From Candidatus Latescibacterota bacterium (lineage in GTDB: Bacteria > Latescibacterota > UBA2968 > UBA8231), in assembly GCA_965221775.1 (NCBI GenBank), contig CBDCSU010000005.1:1280001-1344000 (forward strand): a stretch of 64,000 nucleotides of DNA, in the 5' to 3' direction. Below, piece after piece: positions 45,409 to 57,730 of this stretch (positions within the stretch are counted from its first letter, which is position 1; every line of letters begins with the position of its first letter). The position numbers and the translations under genes were made by a program. The notes under the pieces are model-generated. The model had not been told where the DNA came from, did no database searches, and saw only the letters and a program-made list of their open reading frames with translations.

Positions 45409-46482
45409 CTACCGCCCCGCCCCGGGAACCCTCAGCTGGCAGCGGGTCCCCCGGCCCGGTGTCGATTCGATGTGGAAGGAGCCGCCCGCCTGGGTCATGC
45501 ACTCCCGGATGCTGAACAGGCCGAAACCGAACCGGTGCCGGATGCCCTCGGGATGGGGGTCGAAGCCCCGGCCGCTGTCCTCCACGACCACGCTCAGCTC
45601 GGTCCCCTCGCGGAGCAAGGCGACACCCGCCGCGTCCGTGCCGGCGTGCCGGGTGACGTTCAGCAGCAACTCGCGAATGCAGCGGTAGAGCGAGGCGCGC
45701 AGATCCTTGTCCGGGACCTCGCAGTCCCCCTCGCTCTCGATACGCACCCGCAGACCCAGCTCCTCTTCGAGTTTCCCGGCCAGCGATTGCAGTCCGGGGA
45801 CCAGCCCGAGGTCATGAAGCACGGGGGGGCTGAGGTCGGATATCAGGGAGCGCACGTCATCGTTCATCTGGTCGAGCAGCCCGTGCAGGTCATCGAGAAG
45901 GACCTGACGCTCGCCGTCCCCGGCGGCCTGGCGCAGCGCCTCGACCTTGATCTGCGACACGGCCAGGATCTGCCCGATGCGGTCGTGCAGATCAAGGGCG
46001 ATGCGGCGCCGCTCGCGGTCTTCGATCACCACGAGCTCGGTGGCCAGCGAGCGCAACTGGTCATGGTACTCGCGCCGCTCCCGCTCCAGCTGCTTGCGCT
46101 CGCTGATGTCGCGGACGATGCCCTGGTAGCCGCTGACGCTGCCGTCGGGAGCGCGCCGCACGACGGTGGTCATCAGGCAGTCGAGCCGCCGCCCATCGCG
46201 GGTGACGCAGACGACTTCGAAGTCGCGGACGTAGCCCTCGCGCTCGATCTGTTCCTGGAAGCGCGCACGGTCCTCGGCATTGGCGTAGATGCGGCGGACA
46301 TTCATGCCGATGAAGTCGGCATGGGGCCAGGCGAACAGCTCGCTGGCCGCGTGGTTGGCGTCGAGAATGACCCCGTCCCGCTCGATGATCACTATGGCGT
46401 CGTGCGACTCTTCGAACAGCTCCCGGTACTGCTCCTCGCTCAGCCGCGGGGACGTCACCCCGGCGGTCCCCCGGTTGCTCAT
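45409..46482 (-). CDS. Cytoplasmic PAS plus HisKA_3 sensor histidine kinase
   Basis: PAS/PAC (GIVRDISERK), ERRRIALDLHD, ELLLNV..H, DSGRGF, GFGL. Confidence 0.92.
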   Translation of the reverse strand: MSNRGTAGVTSPRLSEEQYRELFEESHDAIVIIERDGVILDANHAASELFAWPHADFIGMNVRRIYANAEDRARFQEQIEREGYVRDFEVVCVTRDGRRLDCLMTTVVRRAPDGSVSGYQGIVRDISERKQLERERREYHDQLRSLATELVVIEDRERRRIALDLHDRIGQILAVSQIKVEALRQAAGDGERQVLLDDLHGLLDQMNDDVRSLISDLSPPVLHDLGLVPGLQSLAGKLEEELGLRVRIESEGDCEVPDKDLRASLYRCIRELLLNVTRHAGTDAAGVALLREGTELSVVVEDSGRGFDPHPEGIRHRFGFGLFSIRECMTQAGGSFHIESTPGRGTRCQLRVPGAGR

Positions 46483-46575
46483 CGCTGGACTCCTGAAGAT
46501 CTCCGGTTCACACAAGTTCAAGGTACGTGAAGATCCCGTGCGGATTCCAGAGCCAAGCTCTTGCTGCCCGGCCTA

Positions 46576-46595
46576 ACATCAATAAATCTTGATAT
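46576..46595. promoter_or_regulatory. SahR-type operator
   Basis: ACATCAATAAATCTTGATAT, ATCAA-n6-TTGAT palindrome upstream of the ArsR-methyltransferase gene. Confidence 0.7.
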
Positions 46596-46662
46596 ATAGC
46601 TTCATCTGATCTACATTCAGCCTCCCGCCTCAGGGACCCCCAGCCCACCCCCCCGAATCCCC

Positions 46663-47592
46663 GTGCCCGAGCTGCTCCAGATCCACAAGGCCCTCGCCGA
46701 CGAGACGCGCCTGCGCCTGATGCGCCTGCTGGCGCGGGGGCCGCTGAACGTCAACGAGATCCTGGGCATCCTGCGCATGGGCCAGAGCCGGGTCTCGCGC
46801 CACCTGCGCATCCTGGCCGAGGCGGGGCTGGTCACCAGCCGCCGCGAGGGCACCTGGATCTACTACGAGCGCGTCTCCGAGAGCGGATCCCCGCTGGTGA
46901 GCGACACCCTGGCGCTGCTGGACGGCCACGAGCGCGGCCTGCCCCACTACGAGGCCGACGTGCAGCGACTGGAGACCGCCGTGGAGCGCCGCCGCGAGCA
47001 GACGCGCAGCTTCTTCGACAGCCTCTCCCCCGGCGACGAGCTGCGCCACCGCTCCCTCGACGGCACCTACTACCGGCGGGTGGCGCTGTCGGTCCTGCCC
47101 GCGGAGGCCGGGACCATCCTCGACCTCGGCACCGGCTCGGGCCTGATGCTCCCCGGCCTGCTGGAGCGCGCCGGGCGGGTCATCGCCGTCGACTCCAGCA
47201 CCACCATGCTCGACCTGGCGCGCAAGTCGGCGGGCGACGAGGCCCACCGGTGCGACTTCCGCCTCGGCGACCTGGAGCACCTGCCGGTGGCCGACGGCGA
47301 GGCCGACGCGGTGCTGGCGTGCATGGTGCTGCACCACGTTTCGGCGCCCCCCCAGGCGCTCGAGGAGGCGCACCGGGCCCTGGCCGCCGGCGGCGAGCTG
47401 GCGCTGATCGACCTGGCCCCGCACACGGACGAGAGTCTGCGCGACCAGCTCGCCGACCTGTGGCTGGGGTTCCAGCCGGACCAACTGCGCCGCTGGCTCG
47501 AGGCGGCCGGCTTCGAGGTGATCGAGGCCGGCACCACCGCACCGGATTCGGAAGCCCTTCAACTCATCACATTCAGAGGACGGAAACCATGA
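46663..47592 (+). CDS. sahR: ArsR HTH plus SAM-binding methyltransferase-fold regulator
   Basis: [30 protein letters not shown]; ATGA-coupled to ahcY. Confidence 0.85.
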   Translation: MPELLQIHKALADETRLRLMRLLARGPLNVNEILGILRMGQSRVSRHLRILAEAGLVTSRREGTWIYYERVSESGSPLVSDTLALLDGHERGLPHYEADVQRLETAVERRREQTRSFFDSLSPGDELRHRSLDGTYYRRVALSVLPAEAGTILDLGTGSGLMLPGLLERAGRVIAVDSSTTMLDLARKSAGDEAHRCDFRLGDLEHLPVADGEADAVLACMVLHHVSAPPQALEEAHRALAAGGELALIDLAPHTDESLRDQLADLWLGFQPDQLRRWLEAAGFEVIEAGTTAPDSEALQLITFRGRKP

Positions 47593-48938
47593 GCAAGACC
47601 GCGACCCCCGCACGCAGGACCCGCAAGGCGAAAGGCCGGAACGGGAGCGCCGGGGACTTCAAGGTGGCCGACATCGGCCTGGCCGGATGGGGCCGCAAGG
47701 AGATCCGCCTGGCCGAGCGCGAGATGCCGGGCCTGATGGCCCTGCGCGAGGAGTACGGCGAGGAGAAGCCGCTGAAGGGGGCGCGCATCGCCGGATCGCT
47801 GCACATGACGATCCAGACGGCGGTCCTCATCGAGACGCTGCAGGCCCTCGGCGCCAAGGTGCGCTGGTGCTCGTGCAACATCTTCTCCACCCAGGACCAC
47901 GCGGCGGCGGCGATCGCCGCCACGGGCACCCCGGTCTTCGCCTGGAAGGGGGAGACGGAGAAGGAGTACTGGTGGTGCACGGACCAGACCCTGAACTGGC
48001 CCGGCGGCCTCGGGCCCAACATGATCCTCGACGACGGCGGCGACCTGACCAACTGGGTCCACGACGAGCGCCCCGAGCTGCTGCCCGAGATCCGCGGCAC
48101 CTCGGAGGAGACGACCACCGGCGTCCACACCCTCTACCGGCGCCTGGAGCAGGGCGAGCTGAAGATCCCGGCGATCAACGTCAACGACTCGGTGACGAAG
48201 TCGAAGTTCGACAACCTCTACGGCTGCCGGGAGTCGCTCCTCGACGGCATCAAGCGCGCCACCGACATCATGACCGCGGGCAAGACCGTGGTCGTCGCCG
48301 GGTACGGCGACGTGGGCAAGGGCTCGGTGGGCTCCATGAAGGGCTTCGGCGCCCGCGTCATCGTCACCGAGGTCGATCCGATCTGCGCCCTGCAGGCGGC
48401 GATGGAAGGCCTGGAGGTGATGCCGATGAAGCAGGCGGCGAGAGAGGGGGACATCTTCGTCACCACTACCGGCTGCCGCGACGTCATCACCATCGAGCAC
48501 ATGAAGGCGATGAAGGACGGCGCCATCGTCTGCAACATCGGCCACTTCGACGTGGAGATCCAGGTGGAGGCGCTGCAGAAGTTCCCCGGCATCCGGCACA
48601 CGGAGATCAAGCCCCAGGTCGACGAGTACACCTTCCCCGACGGCCACTCGATCCTGCTGCTGGCCGAGGGCCGGCTGGTCAACCTCGGCTGCGCCACCGG
48701 CCACCCTTCATTCGTGATGTCCATGTCGTTCTGCAACCAGGTGCTGGCCCAGATCGAGCTGTACAACCGCGAGCACGAGGTCGGCGTCTACCGCCTGCCC
48801 AAGAAGCTGGACGAGCAGGTGGCGCGGCTGCACCTGAAGAAGCTGGGGATCCGGCTCGACCGCCTGAACCGCGGCCAGGCGGGCTACCTGGGGATCAAGG
48901 CGGGAGGGCCGTACAAGCCGGAGCACTACAAGTACTAG
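47589..48938 (+). CDS. ahcY: S-adenosylhomocysteine hydrolase
   Basis: [51 protein letters not shown]. Confidence 0.97.
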   Translation: MSKTATPARRTRKAKGRNGSAGDFKVADIGLAGWGRKEIRLAEREMPGLMALREEYGEEKPLKGARIAGSLHMTIQTAVLIETLQALGAKVRWCSCNIFSTQDHAAAAIAATGTPVFAWKGETEKEYWWCTDQTLNWPGGLGPNMILDDGGDLTNWVHDERPELLPEIRGTSEETTTGVHTLYRRLEQGELKIPAINVNDSVTKSKFDNLYGCRESLLDGIKRATDIMTAGKTVVVAGYGDVGKGSVGSMKGFGARVIVTEVDPICALQAAMEGLEVMPMKQAAREGDIFVTTTGCRDVITIEHMKAMKDGAIVCNIGHFDVEIQVEALQKFPGIRHTEIKPQVDEYTFPDGHSILLLAEGRLVNLGCATGHPSFVMSMSFCNQVLAQIELYNREHEVGVYRLPKKLDEQVARLHLKKLGIRLDRLNRGQAGYLGIKAGGPYKPEHYKY

Positions 48939-49001
48939 ACCAAGGCCGGCAATGGCCACGTGCGGCCGGTCCTGGCGAAAGCGGCCTGGAGCTATCGCTT
49001 C

Positions 49002-49382
49002 TCACTTCGCGGCGCTGCATTCGCCGCATCGTCCATAGAGCGTGATCTCGTGCTCTTCGACCTCCCAACCCGGCGGCGCCAGCTCCGCCATCTCTCCCGG
49101 GCATTCGTGGATATCGAAGGCTTCCTCGCACTCACGACAGAGAAAGTGGTGATGATGACCGCGGTCGGTCGGCTCGTAGCGCACATCATTGACGCCCAGG
49201 TCCACCGCCCGCACTTCATCGGCGTCTTGCAGGCGCCTGAGCTGCCGATAGACCGTTGCAATGCCCAGCGTTGGCACTATGCGGGACGCGAGGGCGAGGA
49301 TTTCCAAGGGGCGAAGTGGGCCGGGGGCGTCGCGAACAACCCTCACGATGGCGCTGCCTTGGCTGGTGCGTCTGTTGCTCAT
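49002..49382 (-). CDS. Fur-family regulator (Zur/Fur-like)
   Basis: GIATVYR, HHHHFLCREC, YGRCGEC. Confidence 0.9.
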   Translation of the reverse strand: MSNRRTSQGSAIVRVVRDAPGPLRPLEILALASRIVPTLGIATVYRQLRRLQDADEVRAVDLGVNDVRYEPTDRGHHHHFLCRECEEAFDIHECPGEMAELAPPGWEVEEHEITLYGRCGECSAAK

Positions 49383-49545
49383 GAGGATTTCTCCTGACAG
49401 CGGCGGCCTGGGGTGGGTGACTGCATGTCTGTCTGACCGCAGCAACAGCCTTCGCAGAACACGATCTGCCCAAGAACGTGGCTTCGTGCCGTAACCAGGG
49501 CTCCGTGCCTGCTGAGCGTCTCGTCGATGCGTTGAGTCTGAGCAT

Positions 49546-50334
49546 TCATGGGCGTCCTTCTTTGGCCGCTGGATGACGCGATCTACGCCGGTACGTCCTC
49601 AGCTTCACATAGGCGGGGCGGATGATGAAACCCGTTATCGCCAACGCCAGGAGGGCGCTGCTCAGCACGTCCACGTAGATCCACTCACCCTCGGGGCCGA
49701 AGAGGGCCTGGCCGGTGTGCAGGTCCAGGACCAGCTTGCTGAAGCTGACGACCTCGGGAAGGGGAGCTGCCACCATGGTTGCATTCACGGCGGTCAGCTC
49801 CGTCCAGGTCGCGCCCAGGTCCGCGGTGACGAAGAGGCCGTTGCTGCCCTGGATGTGGACGATGCGACCATCTTCGGCAAAGGTTGCTGCCCCCCTGAAG
49901 TTGGAGATGCGCTTCCACTGCTCCGCCTCGAAGAGCCAGGTGCTTTCCCGCGTGCCCACCAGGATGCGCTCTCCCTGTTGATCGATGTTGAAAATGTCCA
50001 GGCCCTTCAGTTCCGGAACACTGCGGTAGTCGCTCCCACTCAGGTGAAGCAGCCCTTTGCGCGTGCCGATGTACACCTCTTCGCCGCCGGTGAGCAGAGC
50101 ACACTTGATCTGTCCCAGGTGGCTCCCGGGGGTAGAGTATCCGGGGAACCAGCGGCTGGGCACTCCGACGCTGCCCAGGCCCCAGCCACTGAGATGCTCC
50201 AGCAGTATGGCGGTCACGCACACGAGTATCGTGAAGACGATCGCGAAGATGGAGGTCCAGGCATGCCAGCGGCGCACCCCTTTCTTGTAACGTCCCTTCA
50301 CCTGTCGGCGATCGCGGGTCCTCAAAGGATGCAC
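49546..50334 (-). CDS. PepSY-associated TM-helix protein
   Basis: RRWHAW..TAILLEH N-terminal helix, LDLHTG, ITG C-terminal helix. Confidence 0.75.
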   Translation of the reverse strand: MHPLRTRDRRQVKGRYKKGVRRWHAWTSIFAIVFTILVCVTAILLEHLSGWGLGSVGVPSRWFPGYSTPGSHLGQIKCALLTGGEEVYIGTRKGLLHLSGSDYRSVPELKGLDIFNIDQQGERILVGTRESTWLFEAEQWKRISNFRGAATFAEDGRIVHIQGSNGLFVTADLGATWTELTAVNATMVAAPLPEVVSFSKLVLDLHTGQALFGPEGEWIYVDVLSSALLALAITGFIIRPAYVKLRTYRRRSRHPAAKEGRP

Positions 50335-52551
50335 TCACAGGCTATAGCTGAGTGACAGCAGGTAATTCCTGGGCGTTCCCGGCATGATCCGGTCACGGCG
50401 CCAGGCGTTCTGGAAGTACCCCGCATCGGTGAGATTCTTGACGCTCAGGTCCACTCTCAGGCTCTGCAGCCGGTAGGTGAGGGCGGCATCGGCCCGCACG
50501 TAGTCGTCGAGGATGAAGTCGTTGTCCAGGTTGCCCTGGCGCTCTCCCACATAGGACACGCCCAGTCCCGCGGCCAGGCCACTGGTATGGCGGTAGTTGC
50601 TCCACAGACTGGCGCTCTGTTCCGGTGCATTGTCGAGAAGGTTGTCCTCCCACTCGGGGCGGTCAGCATCCTTTTCGATGCGCGCGTCCACATAGGCGTA
50701 GCTGGCGATCACACGCAGTTGGGGGATCGGTTGCGCCGTCAGGTCGAGATCGACGCCCCGGCTGCGCTGGCGCCCGATCTGAACCCGGTAAATGCGGTAG
50801 CGGGGATTGGTTTCGACTACATCGTTGCGCGCCAGGTCGTATAGCGCCAGGGTCGCGCTCAAGCGGTTGTCGGCACCGGTCCAGCGCCCTCCCACCTCCA
50901 ATTGCACCGCCGATTCGGGGTCGACGGGTTCGACCAGATCGGGAGTTATCGGTGTGGCGTCGTCCTCCGGTTCATCGAGGATCTTCTCGCCCGATCTTGG
51001 TGTGAAAGAGCGGCTGTAGCTGGAGTAAAGGGAGAGACCACTCCCGGGCTTGAAGACGACGCCCAGGCGCGGGCTCAGACTGCCGTCACTGCGGTCGCTG
51101 GTTCGGTAGCTGCCGCGCTGATTCGTGCGCTCGTCGAAATCGACCCCGTCATAGCGCAAGCCCCCCAGTAGAACCCACTGGTCGCCGAACTCGACCAGGT
51201 CTTGCAGATACATGCCCCAACTGGTCTCTTCGCGCTCGCGGTTGCGGAAGAGGGCAAAGTCCTGGGGAATGGTCAGCCCGTAGTACGGCTCCGGGTCGTA
51301 GATGTCGATCTTCAGCGCGTCGGCATCCGCCGCTTCCGGCGTGCCCTCGCGATGGACCCGGTCGCCGAGCACTTCGCGCTCTTTATAGAAGGAGAGTGCC
51401 GCGCCCAACAACAGTGTATGCTCCAGGGCGCCCCCCTCCTGCTTGTAGCTCAGGTCGTGACGCATCGTGGTCTCGCGATAGAAGATCTCGTTGTCGTAAA
51501 TGGCGCGATTGAGCAGGTCCGTGTCGGTGTCCGGGTGTCCTGCCCCGCCGGGCAAGCCGACGACACCGCCCCGCGTTGCTTCAACCGACACCTGCTCGCG
51601 GTCCCAGGTGGTCTTGTAGTGGTTGAGGGTCGACGTCTGCGTCAGGCTGCGAGTCCAGTGCCGGGTAGCGCGCAGGGTGACCGCGCGGCTGCCCATGGTC
51701 TCCTTGTTGTAGAGCGGGTCTCCGTAGAAGCGATCGATCGGTACCGCCGCAGGCTGATCGAGGATGGCGACGATGCCCGCATCGGCCGTTCTTTCGTCTC
51801 GCAACAACTCCAGGTTCAGTTCCAGCGTGGTCGATTCAGACCAGCCCCAGTAGGCGGTGGGGCTGAAATACCAGCGATCCTGCTCGACGAAATCGCGAAA
51901 ACTCTCCGTCGCCAACTGAGAGCCGTACAGCCTGTAGAGCACCCTGCCTTCGCTGTCGAGCGGACCGGACGCCGAGAGTCGGGGACTCATATGGCCATAG
52001 TTGCCCGCGCTCAGGTGCAACCGGCGCGTGGGGGTCGTGGACGGCTGGGGGGTGATGGTGTTGATGATTCCCCCCGGCTCAATCGCGCCATAGAGGATGG
52101 AGGCCGGCCCCTTGAGCACTTCCACCCGTTCGAGATTGCCCGGCTCAACGGCAAACCGATTGTAGAACCGCACTCCATTGCGGTAGTAGTTGCGCCTGGG
52201 ATCCAACCGGAAACCGCGAATGATGAAATCCTCGGAGACCGCCGAATTCGTACCGCGACTGTAAACGCCGCTCACATTCTTCAGGCCATCCCACAGGGTG
52301 GTGGCCTGCTGATCTTCGAGTACCTGTCTCTTGACCGTCAGGACGGACTGCGGTGTGTCTTCCAGCGGAATGGGAACCCCCAGGGCCGTGCCGCTGTGGG
52401 TCGAGGAGTAGCCCGTGTCAGGCTCGGCGGTGACGACCGTCTCGGGCATGGCATACACTCTTGCCTCTTGCTGGCCCCAAGCGGGACTGCTCAGGGGGCC
52501 GAGGATCACGGCCACGGAAAACGGCAACCACTTCGTCCAATACTCTCGCAT
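50335..52551 (-). CDS. TonB-dependent receptor (siderophore/metal type)
   Basis: ETVVTA TonB box, TPQSV, IIRGF, VEVLKGPASILYG plug, KNLTD..PRNY C-terminus. Confidence 0.93.
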   Translation of the reverse strand: MREYWTKWLPFSVAVILGPLSSPAWGQQEARVYAMPETVVTAEPDTGYSSTHSGTALGVPIPLEDTPQSVLTVKRQVLEDQQATTLWDGLKNVSGVYSRGTNSAVSEDFIIRGFRLDPRRNYYRNGVRFYNRFAVEPGNLERVEVLKGPASILYGAIEPGGIINTITPQPSTTPTRRLHLSAGNYGHMSPRLSASGPLDSEGRVLYRLYGSQLATESFRDFVEQDRWYFSPTAYWGWSESTTLELNLELLRDERTADAGIVAILDQPAAVPIDRFYGDPLYNKETMGSRAVTLRATRHWTRSLTQTSTLNHYKTTWDREQVSVEATRGGVVGLPGGAGHPDTDTDLLNRAIYDNEIFYRETTMRHDLSYKQEGGALEHTLLLGAALSFYKEREVLGDRVHREGTPEAADADALKIDIYDPEPYYGLTIPQDFALFRNREREETSWGMYLQDLVEFGDQWVLLGGLRYDGVDFDERTNQRGSYRTSDRSDGSLSPRLGVVFKPGSGLSLYSSYSRSFTPRSGEKILDEPEDDATPITPDLVEPVDPESAVQLEVGGRWTGADNRLSATLALYDLARNDVVETNPRYRIYRVQIGRQRSRGVDLDLTAQPIPQLRVIASYAYVDARIEKDADRPEWEDNLLDNAPEQSASLWSNYRHTSGLAAGLGVSYVGERQGNLDNDFILDDYVRADAALTYRLQSLRVDLSVKNLTDAGYFQNAWRRDRIMPGTPRNYLLSLSYSL

Positions 52552-52570
52552 TTCTCCTCCTGTAGTGTGC

Positions 52571-53041
52571 TTAGAGCTGGGTGGGATTGGGGGCGTCACC
52601 ATAGACCTTCTTGGGATTGAAGACCTTCTGCGTCTCCGTGAATCTCAGCGGCTGGCCGGCCTGATCGCCAAAGGGCACGGCGCGGTAGAAACAGGAGCGA
52701 TACCCTACATGGCAGCTGGCCCCGCCCTGGACGTCCACACGCAGCCAGATGCAATCCTGGTCGTCATCGATTCGGATCTCGCGGACGCGCTGCACCAAGC
52801 CGCTCGTTGCGCCCTTGTGCCAGAGGCACCTGCGGCTCCGGCTCCAATAGACGGCCTCGCCCATGGTGATCGTTTGCCTGAGCGCCTCGGCGTTCATGTA
52901 GGCATGCATGAGTACTTCGCCGGATGTGAAGTCCGTGGTAACTGCGGGGATCAGCCCGTGCTCATCGAACTTGGGGGCCAGTTCGGCTCCTTCCTCGACC
53001 TGCTCGACGCTCTCTCTTCCCGAAGAGGGGGGATTGCTCAC
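52571..53041 (-). CDS. hisI: Phosphoribosyl-AMP cyclohydrolase, DDDQD variant
   Basis: [39 protein letters not shown]. Confidence 0.9.
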   Translation of the reverse strand: MSNPPSSGRESVEQVEEGAELAPKFDEHGLIPAVTTDFTSGEVLMHAYMNAEALRQTITMGEAVYWSRSRRCLWHKGATSGLVQRVREIRIDDDQDCIWLRVDVQGGASCHVGYRSCFYRAVPFGDQAGQPLRFTETQKVFNPKKVYGDAPNPTQL

Positions 53042-53171
53042 TTGCTCTCCTGGCTGTGTCAGCTCACGAGCCACCGCCGATGATCCGCCGATCCAGGCTG
53101 TCGCGTACAGTTGATCCGGAGTCGAGGTGCTCAAGCACCCACTCCCTCGACCATCCCAAGCTCGGGCTTTG

Positions 53172-53197
53172 AATGATAATGATAAGTCATTATCATT
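53172..53197. promoter_or_regulatory. Fur-box-like perfect inverted repeat
   Basis: AATGATAATGA-TAAG-TCATTATCATT, close to the GATAATGATAATCATTATC consensus. Confidence 0.85.
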
Positions 53198-53289
53198 AAG
53201 GCGCAAGTCGAATCGGGCCGAGGACGCGGAGGACGGTCGCCGGCGCCAGCCGGAGGCCTGTGCGGCCCATGACAGGGTGATTCAGACGT

Positions 53290-53690
53290 GCATCCAGGGA
53301 CAGCAAGAGCGTCTGCAAGAGGGCCAGCGGCCGGAACCGTGCGGGCCCTGTGCGACACCCTGGTCCGCGAGCGCGGCTACCGGGGGACCTGCAAGGCGGT
53401 GGCTCGCCATGTGCGGCGGCGCCGTCCGCTGCCCAAGGTGCGGCCCCTGCGTCGGGTGGAGGTGAGGCCGGGCCGCCAGGCGCAGGTGGACGGGGTCGAG
53501 CCCTGGGTGCAGGTGCGCGAGCCGGGCGGTCGCACGCGGCTGAGCGCCTTCGGCCGGTCCCTCAGCTCGCGCAGGGGGTCGGTGCAGTGGCGGCTGGACC
53601 AGGGTCCGCTGTCCTGCCACGAGGCCCACAATCGGGCCCACGAGGCGGTGCAGGGGGTGCCTGCAAGACCGCCGTGGTCCGCCGGGGCGG
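53290..53690 (+). pseudogene. IS21-family (IstA) transposase remnant
   Basis: LVRERGYRG, RRVEVRPGRQAQVD, HNRA..GVP; degenerate and truncated, no istB. Confidence 0.75.
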
Positions 53691-53693
53691 GCC

Positions 53694-54575
53694 GTGGGCG
53701 ATCCTCTGCCTCAATCTGACGCAATCATCTGGAGTGTCGACCCGGACCTTTTCCAGATCGGTCCGCTCACGATCAGGTACTACGGCATCCTCTTCGCGCT
53801 CTCGTTCTTCATCGGACACAACATCATCCGTTCCGTCTTCAGGCGAGAGGGGAAGCCGGAATCCGATCTCGGAACGCTCCTGGTTCACATGATGGTCGGC
53901 ACCATCGCAGGCGCGCGCCTCGGTCATTGCCTCTTCTACGACCCGGGATACTACCTCGGCAATCCGCACAAGCTTCTGATGGTGTGGGAAGGCGGGCTCG
54001 CCAGCCACGGTGCCGCGATCGGCATTTTGACCGCGCTGTTCATCTACGCCCGACGCCACCCCGATCAACCGTATCTGTGGCTGCTCGATCGGATGGTCAT
54101 TGTCGTCGCCCTCGCCGGACTGCTGATCCGACTCGGGAACCTCTTCAACTCGGAGATTCTCGGAATCCCCAGCGATCTCCCTTGGGCCGTCGTCTTCGAC
54201 CGGATCGACGCTACACCGAGACATCCCGCACAGCTCTACGAGTCGATCGCCTACGGAACGATCTTCGTGGGGTTGTATCGACTCTACATCCAGCTCGAAG
54301 CCCGAACGCCACGAGGGCTCTTGTTCGGCCTCTTCCTCGTCTCCGTCTTCGGGTTCAGGTTTCTGATCGAATTCGTCAAGGAACGACAGGCGGCGTACGG
54401 CGCGGACCTTGCCCTCAGTGTCGGCCAGGTCCTGAGCATACCGCTGCTCATCCTCGGAATCGCAATCCTGGCAAGGGCGCTGCGCAACGGTTGCTCCGAG
54501 CCCGATTCGGTCGAACAGGCGGCCTCAGAGGCGCAGCGCCGGGCACACCGGAGCGCAGGTCCTCGATCCAAGTGA
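53694..54575 (+). CDS. lgt: Prolipoprotein diacylglyceryl transferase
   Basis: IRYYG, GARLGH, GGLASHG, RLGNLFNSEI, RHPAQLYE, RFLIEF. Confidence 0.95.
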   Translation: MGDPLPQSDAIIWSVDPDLFQIGPLTIRYYGILFALSFFIGHNIIRSVFRREGKPESDLGTLLVHMMVGTIAGARLGHCLFYDPGYYLGNPHKLLMVWEGGLASHGAAIGILTALFIYARRHPDQPYLWLLDRMVIVVALAGLLIRLGNLFNSEILGIPSDLPWAVVFDRIDATPRHPAQLYESIAYGTIFVGLYRLYIQLEARTPRGLLFGLFLVSVFGFRFLIEFVKERQAAYGADLALSVGQVLSIPLLILGIAILARALRNGCSEPDSVEQAASEAQRRAHRSAGPRSK

Positions 54576-54584
54576 GCTCTTCGT

Positions 54585-55744
54585 TCACGTCGGGCCCCGG
54601 CTCCTGCGCAGGGTCAGGCAGAGGGGGCGGTAGCTCCGCTGCACGATCCGCCGCTCGTCGAGGACCTCCCACGCCGGGGGCCGCTCCGCCAGGGCCGCCC
54701 GCAGCGCGGCGCTGTCCTGCGTGAGCACCACCAGGATCCCCCCGGAGCGGCACAGGCGCGCGGCTTCCGCGAGGGTGGCGTCGTAGAGGGCGCGGTTCGA
54801 GCCCCGGGGGCCGCGCCGCTCTCCCCAGGGCAGGTCGGCGGTCACCGCGTCGAAGGAGTCGCCGGGCAGCCCCGTGGCGGCGGCATCGCCCTGGAGCAGG
54901 TGCACCCGCTCCGCCAGACCGGCGGCGGCCAGGTTCTGGCGGCTGGCGGCCAGGGCCTCGCGGGAGATGTCGAGGCCCACGGCGGCGGCCGCTCCCCGGC
55001 GCAGTAGCCTCTCGACGAGCAGGGTCCCGCCCCCGCACATGAGATTCAGGTAGCGCTGCTCCCGCCGGGGGCGGCTCAGCTCCACCATGCAGGCGGCGAT
55101 GACGGCGTTCAGGCTCACCGGCCAGTCGACGCGCCGCCAGTCCCTCGACGCCAGGGGACGGTTGCCGGCGCGGCAGAGCACCTCCCAGCCGCGGCGGCCC
55201 GGCCGAAAGGTGATCAGGCAGTCCCCCGCCTCCGGGTCCCAGGGCATGCCGAGCCGCTCCTCCAGGGCCGCGGCGATGCGCCGCATGGTGGGCGACCGGG
55301 CGCCGGCGGCGTCGAAGCGGAATCCGCCGGGGGAGCGGCCGAGGCCCCGGGCGCGCTGCACCAGTTCCACGAGGGCGGTCATGTGCTCGGGGCTCAGCAG
55401 CGTGCGCGGCCGCTGCACGGCGAAGTCGCGGCGCAGCAGCAGGCTCTGGGCCGTGGCCAGCCGCAGCAGGCTCTGCGGCTCTCCGGAGTATGTGAAGTGG
55501 ACCTCGTCCGGCCGGTCGTGGGGAACGACGCGGCACTGGCCGCCGAAACGCCGGGCCAGCTCCCCGCGCAGGATGTCCTGGGTGCCGTCGAGGGCGGCTG
55601 CCGTCCAGAGGTGGGCGGGTCCCGCGGACCTCGGCCCTCCGCGCGGACGGGTGCCCGCCGGGGCGCCGGCTGCCTGCGTGGAGTCCTTGACGACCTTGGA
55701 CCGGGCGCCGGCGGTGCCGCGGCGGCGCCCGGGTCCGCTTCGGT

Positions 55745-55748
<4 letters not shown>
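54585..55748 (-). CDS. Class I SAM-dependent RNA methyltransferase (UPF0020/THUMP-associated type); start uncertain
   Basis: SLNAVIAA, NLMCGGGTLLVE, GLDIS, ADLPWGER. Confidence 0.75.

Positions 55749-57726
<1,978 letters not shown>

Positions 57727-57730
<4 letters not shown>

Noticed and set aside
46540-46662. SAM/SAH riboswitch upstream of sahR-ahcY
   Set aside because: No recognisable aptamer core; a protein-operator palindrome explains the region.
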